NCBI GenBank assembly: GCA_035555595.1
Contig: DATMGK010000063.1
Location: 7,244 to 71,243, forward strand
Direction: 5' to 3'
Source of the DNA: Croceibacterium sp.
GTDB lineage: Bacteria > Pseudomonadota > Alphaproteobacteria > Sphingomonadales > Sphingomonadaceae
Length of the DNA stretch: 64,000 nt
Under the pieces are notes generated by a model, which was not told the origin of the DNA, ran no database searches, and saw nothing but the letters and a program-made list of their open reading frames with translations. The position numbers and the translations under genes are program-made. Below are positions 57,939 through 64,000 of the stretch, in pieces (the first letter of the stretch is position 1; every line of letters begins with the position of its first letter).

Positions 57939-58867
57939 GAATTGTCCTCCAACCGGGCGAACTGGTCGGTTTCGACCAAGGGGTTGCCCGGTTCGTCCAC
58001 ATGCCCTTCCGGGTCGATGTGGATCAGCAGTTCCAGATCCGGGAACTCTTCATGCAGGCTGCGTTCCAGCTGTTCGGTGATTGCGTGGGCTTCCGCCACG
58101 CTCATCGCCGGGGGCAGATCGACATGAAGCTGGGCAAAGTCGCGATCGCCGCTGGTGCGCGTTCGCAGATCGTGCAGGCGGGATATGCCGGGCTGCCGGG
58201 CTGCGACTTCGATCAGGCGCAGCCGCTTATCCTCTGGCCATTCGTGGTCCATCAGCTGTTCCACCGCATCGGCGGAGGCGCGCCATGCGCCCCACAACAG
58301 CCAGCCCGCAATGGCGAGTCCGAACAGCGGATCGGCCCCGGTGAAGCCGAGATGCTGGTCGAACACCAGCGCCGCGATCACCGCCAGATTGAGCAGGAGA
58401 TCGGACTTGTAATGCAGGTTATCGGTGCGAATGGCGATGCTGCCGGTCTGGCGAATCACATGCCGCTGCCACGCCAGCAGGGTCAGCGTGGCGGCTATTG
58501 CCACGGCTGACACGGCAATGCCTTCACCCGCCGCCTGCGTCTGCCCGCCGTCCGCCAGATGCTGCACCGCGCGATAGGCGATAGCCCCGCCCGACAGCAC
58601 GATCAGCATGACCTGCGCCATGGCCGCCAGCGCCTCTGCCTTGCCGTGGCCGAAGCGGTGCGTTTCGTCCGCCGGGCGGGCGGCGATCCACACGCCGACC
58701 AGGGTCGCGAAGCTGGCCACGAAGTCCAGCCCGGTGTCTGCCAGACTGCCGAGCATCGCCGTGGACGAGGTTTGCCAGACCGCCCAGCCCTTCAGCACGC
58801 CAAGAAACAGCGCCATCGCAAGCGAGGCGAGCGCGGCGCTGCGCGTGAGGCTGGCGCGGCTAGCCAT
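57935..58867 (-). CDS. cation diffusion facilitator family transporter
   Basis: Six TM segments with a D/H-rich TM2/TM5 and a C-terminal cytoplasmic domain (LHDLRTRTSGDRDFAQLHV). The ATG at 58867 (MASRASL) gives a 1-nt overlap with the pdxH stop. The track start at 58894 would overlap pdxH by 28 nt. Confidence 0.85.
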   Translation of the reverse strand: MASRASLTRSAALASLAMALFLGVLKGWAVWQTSSTAMLGSLADTGLDFVASFATLVGVWIAARPADETHRFGHGKAEALAAMAQVMLIVLSGGAIAYRAVQHLADGGQTQAAGEGIAVSAVAIAATLTLLAWQRHVIRQTGSIAIRTDNLHYKSDLLLNLAVIAALVFDQHLGFTGADPLFGLAIAGWLLWGAWRASADAVEQLMDHEWPEDKRLRLIEVAARQPGISRLHDLRTRTSGDRDFAQLHVDLPPAMSVAEAHAITEQLERSLHEEFPDLELLIHIDPEGHVDEPGNPLVETDQFARLEDNS

Positions 58868-59466
58868 CAGGGATAGAGCATCGTGCTGGACCAATGATCG
58901 CCGGAGCGGACGAACAGCCGCCTTTCATGCAGGCGATGGTCGCGGTCCATCCAGAATTCCATCCGTTCGGGTGCGAGGCGGAAACCGGTCCAATGCGGCG
59001 GGCGCGGCACGTTGTCCCCGTGTTTGACCCGCAAGGCCGCTACCCGATCCAGGTAAGTCGTCCGCGAATCGAGCGGGCGCGACTGGTCCGATGCGGCAGA
59101 GCCGAGCCGGGATTCGGGATGGCGGGAAGCGAAGTAGGCATCGGCCATGTCCGCGCCCACTTCTTCCAGCGGGCCTTCGATGCGGACCTGACGGCGCAGC
59201 GATTTCCAGTGGAACAGCAGCGCCGCGCGGGGATTGGCGCGAATCTCCCCCCCCTTGCGGCTTTCGGCATTGGTGTAGAACACGAAGCCATCCGGCCCGT
59301 GCCCCTTCAACAGCACCATACGCACCGAAGGCGCGCCATCCGGCGTGGCAGTGGCGAGCGCCATCGCGTTGGCGTCGTTCGGTTCCCCAACGTAAGCTTC
59401 CGCCAGCCACGCATCGAACAGCGCGAAGGGATTGGAATCGGGAATCGCGTCGCGATCAGGGTGCAT
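58867..59466 (-). CDS. pdxH: pyridoxamine 5'-phosphate oxidase
   Basis: From the ATG at 59466: MHPDRDAIPDSNPFALFDAWL...RMVLLKG..GFVFYTN..SRKG...NP...LLFHW..L.RQVRIEG ... FWMDRDHRLHERRLF. Confidence 0.93.
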   Translation of the reverse strand: MHPDRDAIPDSNPFALFDAWLAEAYVGEPNDANAMALATATPDGAPSVRMVLLKGHGPDGFVFYTNAESRKGGEIRANPRAALLFHWKSLRRQVRIEGPLEEVGADMADAYFASRHPESRLGSAASDQSRPLDSRTTYLDRVAALRVKHGDNVPRPPHWTGFRLAPERMEFWMDRDHRLHERRLFVRSGDHWSSTMLYP

Positions 59467-59526
59467 GGGGAAGCCTGTGCAAAGTGACGGGTGTTGACAC
59501 ATGTGACACGGTCCAGAGGCGAATGT

Positions 59527-59585
59527 CACCTTGGCGGCACCTTGATGCCACCCTGGCGCCACCTTGGTGGGCAGGTGTCACCTTG
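59527..59585. repeat. 11-bp-phased CACCTTG direct-repeat array in divergent promoter region
   Basis: CACCTTG starts at 59527, 59538 and 59560, CACCCTG at 59549, and a fifth CACCTTG at 59579. The first four are spaced exactly 11 bp apart. Confidence 0.7.
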
Positions 59586-59698
59586 CCGTTCGGCAGAGAG
59601 GCTGGCCCGTGCATCATCGCCGTGCTGCTATTCCTTTGGCGCTTCATAGGAAAGCCCGGCGCTTGCGCCGCCGCACTGTTCTGCCTAGCTAACACGCC

Positions 59699-60664
59699 AT
59701 GGCAGCCGATCCCTATGCAACCCTTGGCGTGGCGCGCACCGCGAGCGAGAAGGACATCAAGAGCGCCTATCGCAAGCTGGCCAAGGAACTGCATCCAGAC
59801 CGCAACAAGGACAATCCGAAAGCGGCGGAGCGATTTTCCGATGTAACGCGGGCTTATGACCTGCTGTCCGACAGCGACAAGCGCGCCCGGTTCGACCGGG
59901 GCGAGATCGACGCCGACGGCAACCCGGCCATGCCTTTCGGTGGCGGCGGTTTCGGCGGAGGCGGCGGGGGATTTCGCGGTGGCGCGGGCCCCGGCGGCTT
60001 TTCCGCGCGCGATTTCGAAGGAATGGGCGGCGACAACGTCGATCTGGGCGACATTTTCGAAGGGCTGTTCGGCCGTGGCGGACCGGGCGCCGGTTTCGGC
60101 GGTGCATCCGGCGGCTTCGGCGGCAGGCGGCAGGCACCGCCCCAGCGCGGCGGCAACGTGAGCTATCGGCTGAAAGTACCATTCGTCGATGCGGCCGCAC
60201 TGGCCCCGCAGCGCATCACGCTGGGCGACGGCAGAACTATTGACCTGAAGCTGCCCGCCGGGGTGGAAAACGGCACCCAGATGCGGCTGAAAGGCAAGGG
60301 CCAGCCCGGCCCGGGCGGCGCGGGTGACGCACTGGTCAGCGTGGAGATAGAACCGCACGCATTCTTCACCCGCGATGGGGACGACGTGCGGCTGGAACTG
60401 CCGATCACGCTGGACGAGGCGGTGCGCGGGGCGAAGGTCAAAGTGCCGACAGTGGACGGCCCCGTCATGCTGACAGTCGCGCCCGGATCGGGATCGGGCA
60501 AAGTGCTGCGACTGAAGGGCAAGGGCTTTTCGAAGAAAAACGGCGGGCGCGGCGACCAGCTGGTGACGCTGGAGATAGAGTTGCCCGGCGATCTGGCCGA
60601 TCTGGCCGAACGACTGGAAGGCTGGAGCGACGGTAGCAATCCGCGCAGCCGACTGGGGGTTTGA
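59699..60664 (+). CDS. DnaJ-family co-chaperone without zinc finger (CbpA-like)
   Basis: J domain DPYATLGVARTASEKDIKSAYRKLAKELHPDRN, a G/F-rich linker and two DnaJ C-terminal beta domains. There are no CxxCxGxG repeats. Confidence 0.86.
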   Translation: MAADPYATLGVARTASEKDIKSAYRKLAKELHPDRNKDNPKAAERFSDVTRAYDLLSDSDKRARFDRGEIDADGNPAMPFGGGGFGGGGGGFRGGAGPGGFSARDFEGMGGDNVDLGDIFEGLFGRGGPGAGFGGASGGFGGRRQAPPQRGGNVSYRLKVPFVDAAALAPQRITLGDGRTIDLKLPAGVENGTQMRLKGKGQPGPGGAGDALVSVEIEPHAFFTRDGDDVRLELPITLDEAVRGAKVKVPTVDGPVMLTVAPGSGSGKVLRLKGKGFSKKNGGRGDQLVTLEIELPGDLADLAERLEGWSDGSNPRSRLGV

Positions 60665-60728
60665 TTCCCGTCTCGTCATCCCCGTGCAGGGGATCCATGT
60701 AGTCGCTGCGCGGCTTCATATTGATGCG

Positions 60729-60774
60729 CTGGATTCCCGCCTGCGCGGGAATGACGAAGGGTTAAAGCCCTTCG
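60729..60774. repeat. REP-like palindromic intergenic repeat, copy 2, plus adjacent hairpin
   Basis: CTGGATTCCCGCCTGCGCGGGAATGACGA (stem TCCCGC/GCGGGA) is followed by CGAAGGG-ttaaag-CCCTTCG. The core is shared with 41747-41775. Confidence 0.5.
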
Positions 60775-60813
60775 CTGCTCGACAAGCGGGTTCAATGGGT
60801 TAGGAAGACGCGG

Positions 60814-61842
60814 ATGGCACCCGGCATCTCGGACCACGATCGCACTGGCCCCCCTGTGGCCGACCTTTCGCCGGAAGCGCGGCGCAAGGAGGCGCTGAAG
60901 CATAAGGCGGGCCTTCCCGGCCACGTCGCACGCGCGGCACAGCCGGGCAGCCGGACCCGCGAAGTGTTGCGGCGGGTGTTCGTCGGCACTTTCAACGATG
61001 GCTTCATCCACGCCGGCAACCTGGCCTATATGGCCGTGCTGACGATCTTCCCGTTCTTCATCACCGGCGCTGCCGCCTTCTCCCTGATCGGTGAGGAGGG
61101 GGAACGCGCGGCGATGGTCGATGCGGTGTTGCTGGCGCTGCCCCCGGTGGTGGCGGAAGTGATCGCCCCGGTGGCGCGCAGCGTGATCGAGGCGCGCAGC
61201 GGCTGGCTGTTGTGGGTGGGCGGCCTGTTCGGCCTGTGGACCGTGGGCAGCCTGGTGGAAACGATCCGCGATATCCTGCGCCGCGCCTATGGCACTCGGG
61301 CGACCCACGCGTTCTGGAAATACCGCCTGTTTTCGACCGGGATCATCATTGCATCGGTTTTCCTGCTGATGCTGAGCCTGATCGCGCAGATCCTGATCGG
61401 CGCGGCGCAGCAGGTGATTTCCGCATGGCTGCCGGAACTGACCGACTGGGTCGTCAGCCTGTCACTGTCGCGGCTGGTGCCCACGCTGGGGCTCTATCTG
61501 TCGATCTACCTGCTGTTCTACACCCTGACGCCTGCCGCCTATCGCAAACGGCGCTATCCGAAATGGCCGGGCGTACTGCTGGTCACGGTATGGTGGGTGG
61601 CGGTGACTCTGGCCCTGCCGCCCTTGCTGCGGAGCGTGTTCAGCTACGATCTTACCTATGGTTCTCTGGCCGGGTTCATGATCGCGCTTTTCTTTTTCTG
61701 GCTTGTGGGACTAGGGATGGTGATGGGCGCCGAGCTCAACGCTTCGCTGGCCGAAACTCCCGAAGAAGAGGAGGATCGGATCGGGCAGGCAGATAACAGG
61801 GCGCGCGCGCGGGCAGTTGAAGTAAAGAAGGAGAGCGCATGA
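60814..61842 (+). CDS. YihY/BrkB-family membrane protein
   Basis: FNDGFIHAGNLAYMAVLTIFPFFI signature, six TM segments and an acidic C-terminal tail. Confidence 0.8.
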   Translation: MAPGISDHDRTGPPVADLSPEARRKEALKHKAGLPGHVARAAQPGSRTREVLRRVFVGTFNDGFIHAGNLAYMAVLTIFPFFITGAAAFSLIGEEGERAAMVDAVLLALPPVVAEVIAPVARSVIEARSGWLLWVGGLFGLWTVGSLVETIRDILRRAYGTRATHAFWKYRLFSTGIIIASVFLLMLSLIAQILIGAAQQVISAWLPELTDWVVSLSLSRLVPTLGLYLSIYLLFYTLTPAAYRKRRYPKWPGVLLVTVWWVAVTLALPPLLRSVFSYDLTYGSLAGFMIALFFFWLVGLGMVMGAELNASLAETPEEEEDRIGQADNRARARAVEVKKESA

Positions 61843-62657
61843 CCGCTCTGATGAAAGGGAAGCGGGGCCTCATCATGGGTCTCGCAAACGAGAAGTCGCT
61901 CGCCTGGGGTATCGCCCAGAAATTGCGCGAGCATGGGGCCGAAATGGCCTTTTCCTATCAGGGGGAAGCGCTGGAAAAGCGCGTCAGGCCGCTGGCGGAA
62001 CAGCTCGGTTCGGACTTCTGCTTCGATTGCGACGTGGCGCGGATGGACGCGCTGGACACGGCTTTCAAGACGCTGAAGGACCGTTGGGACACGCTGGATT
62101 TCGTGGTCCACGCCATCGGCTTTTCCGACAAGAACGAGCTGCGCGGGAAGTATGTCGACACCAGTCTCGACAATTTCCTGATGACGATGAACATTTCCGC
62201 CTATTCACTGGTCGCGGTGGCCAATCGCGCGCGCGCGATGATGAACGCCAAGGCGGACGGCAGCGGCGGATCGATCCTGACGCTGACCTATTACGGCGCG
62301 GAAAAGGTCGTGCCCCATTACAACGTGATGGGCGTGGCGAAGGCAGCGCTGGAAACCAGCGTGAAGTATCTGGCCAACGATCTGGGCCCGGAAAACATCC
62401 GTGTGAACGGGATCAGCGCCGGCCCGATCAAGACTCTGGCGGCGAGCGGGATCGGCGATTTCCGCTATATCCTGAAATGGAATGAGCTGAATTCGCCACT
62501 GCGTCGCAATGTCACCATCGAGGATGTCGGCGGCGCGGGTCTCTATATGCTGAGCGACCTGTCGAGCGGCGTGACCGGCGAAGTGCATCACGTGGATGCA
62601 GGCTATCACGTTGTGGGCATGAAGCAGGAAGATGCGCCGGATATCTCGCTGGTATAG
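61839..62657 (+). CDS. fabI: enoyl-[acyl-carrier-protein] reductase (NADH)
   Basis: LMKGKRGLIMGLANEKSLAWGIA, the Y-x6-K region (HYNVMGVAKAALE) and ISAGPIKTLAASGI. Confidence 0.94.
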   Translation: MTALMKGKRGLIMGLANEKSLAWGIAQKLREHGAEMAFSYQGEALEKRVRPLAEQLGSDFCFDCDVARMDALDTAFKTLKDRWDTLDFVVHAIGFSDKNELRGKYVDTSLDNFLMTMNISAYSLVAVANRARAMMNAKADGSGGSILTLTYYGAEKVVPHYNVMGVAKAALETSVKYLANDLGPENIRVNGISAGPIKTLAASGIGDFRYILKWNELNSPLRRNVTIEDVGGAGLYMLSDLSSGVTGEVHHVDAGYHVVGMKQEDAPDISLV

Positions 62658-62705
62658 TGCATTTGTTCCTGTTATGTTCGCGCCGAATCCGATGGAGGAC
62701 GAACG

Positions 62706-63107
62706 ATGCTGACAGGTGGGTGCCGCTGCGGCGCGATACGTTATCAGGCCAGGGTAGATGACCCGACCCGGCATGCGCTGTGCCATTGTGAGGATTGCCA
62801 GCGTTCCGCCGGGGCCCCTGCCGTCGCGTGGCTGGCGGTGCCGAAGGAAAGCTTTGCAGTAACGCAGGGTGAGGCCGTGCGGTGGGATGGAGACGGCGGG
62901 GCGGAACGCTATTTCTGCGGCACCTGCGGAACCGGTCTGTATTATTTCAACGAAGAGGTTCTGCCCGGGGTGGCCGACATCCAGTCGGCCACGCTGGACG
63001 ACACCGAAACATGGCAGCCGGGCGCGCAGATTCAATGCGCGGACCGGCTGGGCTATATGGCCAAGCTGGGCGAAATGCCGGAGTTCGAACGCTATCCGGC
63101 CCAGTAA
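62706..63107 (+). CDS. GFA-family (CENP-V/glutathione-dependent formaldehyde-activating-like) protein
   Basis: GGCRCGAIRY...CHCEDCQRSAGAP...FCGTCGT zinc-binding cysteine pattern. 133 aa. Confidence 0.8.
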   Translation: MLTGGCRCGAIRYQARVDDPTRHALCHCEDCQRSAGAPAVAWLAVPKESFAVTQGEAVRWDGDGGAERYFCGTCGTGLYYFNEEVLPGVADIQSATLDDTETWQPGAQIQCADRLGYMAKLGEMPEFERYPAQ

Positions 63108-63118
63108 CCCGGCTGATC

Positions 63119-63703
63119 TTACGGGCTGGGGGGAATAGCCAGCGGATCGACCGTTTTGGGCACTTGCGGCGTAGTGGACGGGGTGGTGGCCTGACCTTCT
63201 TCCCGCGCGACACGTTCCATGTATTGCCGCTCAAGCTCCTCCACCCGGGCCTGCGTTGCCGCAGCCTCCGCATCGATGGTGGACAGCCGTTCCGTGCGCT
63301 GGGCGGAAATGATTTCCGAAGCGCGCACGCCAGAGCCGGTGCGCCGTTCCTCATAAGCGGCGGCAATCATTTCCGCCGTACAGCCAAGTTCGCCGCCCAT
63401 ACCCACGGGGCTGCACGAAAGCGGGCCGAAATTGCCCACCGTCTCGAAACTCTTGACCCGGTTGGTCCAGGAATCATTCTGCGGGCTGTTGCTCTGCCTC
63501 AGCGCCTCGGGAATGCGATACCGTTCCCCTTCATCCATGCGGCGACAGACCACGATTACGTCATCGGTCGACGGTGGGCAGGCGTCTTCGCCGAACACGT
63601 CGACGATATTGACCTTCTCGTTACCAGCTTCCTGCGCTGCGGCGGGCGTGGTGATCAGGCCCAGAGAGAGGGGTGCGAGGGCGATGAGGGCGAGGTTCTT
63701 CAT
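63119..63703 (-). CDS. hypothetical secreted protein
   Basis: From the ATG at 63703: MKNLALIALAPLSLGLITTPAAAQ signal, then a Cys-containing domain with a VIVVCRRMDEGER motif and a C-terminal coiled-coil-like AEAAATQARVEELERQYMERVAREE. Confidence 0.55.
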   Translation of the reverse strand: MKNLALIALAPLSLGLITTPAAAQEAGNEKVNIVDVFGEDACPPSTDDVIVVCRRMDEGERYRIPEALRQSNSPQNDSWTNRVKSFETVGNFGPLSCSPVGMGGELGCTAEMIAAAYEERRTGSGVRASEIISAQRTERLSTIDAEAAATQARVEELERQYMERVAREEGQATTPSTTPQVPKTVDPLAIPPSP

Positions 63704-63800
63704 GTTCGTTCCCGTAAGCGGTTCATGCCCGCGCCGTGCATAAAACGCCCGGCCGCGTGAACCGATAGTGAAGCGCTTGGGCCATGCGCCTTGTTCCGCG

Positions 63801-64000
63801 TCAAATCCTTTCGGAGAGGCGGATCGCCGCGCGGCAGCCCAGCCTGATCGCCGCGCTGAGCAGGGGATAGGCGGGCGCCCGTTCCGCCCCGGCAGCCAGC
63901 GCCGCATCGCGGTGGGCGCGCTCATCCTCGCGGAAGCGGTCGATCATGTCCGTCAGTTCGGGATCGTCGCCATCCCGCTCCAGCTCGTCGATCTGCTTGC
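63801..64000 (-). CDS. coq7: demethoxyubiquinone hydroxylase Coq7 family protein, C-terminal part only
   Basis: The minus-strand frame gives ...KQIDELERDGDDPELTDMIDRFREDERAHRDAALAAGAERAPAYPLLSAAIRLGCRAAIRLSERI*. The E-x-x-H di-iron motif and the ...S.RI terminus match Coq7 as I recall it. The gene starts beyond the window. Confidence 0.72.
   Translation of the reverse strand, partial: KQIDELERDGDDPELTDMIDRFREDERAHRDAALAAGAERAPAYPLLSAAIRLGCRAAIRLSERI

Noticed and set aside
59930-60140. GGC/GGT-rich repetitive stretch
   Set aside because: It encodes the Gly/Phe-rich linker of the DnaJ-family protein, which is expected for this family.
59456-60679. 407-aa minus-strand ORF covering the cbpA-like gene and the repeat array
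   Set aside because: It is antisense to a clear J-protein gene. It runs through the promoter region only because stops are rare in GC-rich DNA.

Overview
High-GC (roughly mid-60s % by eye) chromosomal segment from an alphaproteobacterium, most likely a sphingomonad. The lineage call rests on MipZ, a SciP-like DUF1153 protein, petABC, tonB-exbB-exbD-exbD, an EcfG-type GGAAC-N16-CGTT promoter and a Pam18-like J protein. I call 68 CDS: two are partial at the window ends and two are small ORFs below the 60-aa track cutoff. I also call tRNA-Gly(UCC), tRNA-Thr(GGU), four intrinsic terminators, one strong ECF-type promoter and a few repeat or operator-like elements. The content is overwhelmingly housekeeping: prs, glpX, hom, a TonB system, an Lhr-type helicase, mipZ, panC, petABC, apt, pepN, gpmA-purEK-folA-ribF, ileS-lspA, sucC, etfBA, an RND efflux pair, mnmA, pdxH, a cbpA-like dnaJ, fabI and coq7. 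Genes are tightly packed with many 1-4 nt overlaps. I recognise no transposase, integrase, phage, CRISPR, toxin-antitoxin or known defence genes, and I see no clear compositional island. I therefore cannot honestly point to a new multi-gene system here. The best leads are five. (1) A Pam18/Tim14-type membrane J-protein translationally coupled to mipZ. (2) An exactly 11-bp-phased CACCTTG repeat array in the pdxH/cbpA-like divergent promoter region. (3) A low-GC in-frame patch inside ileS. (4) An RND permease with a ~95-aa insert that looks like two extra transmembrane helices. (5) An unannotated entericidin-family mini-lipoprotein plus stress-type genes carrying EcfG-like promoters. All functional calls come from reading the translations against remembered family signatures; no searches were run.
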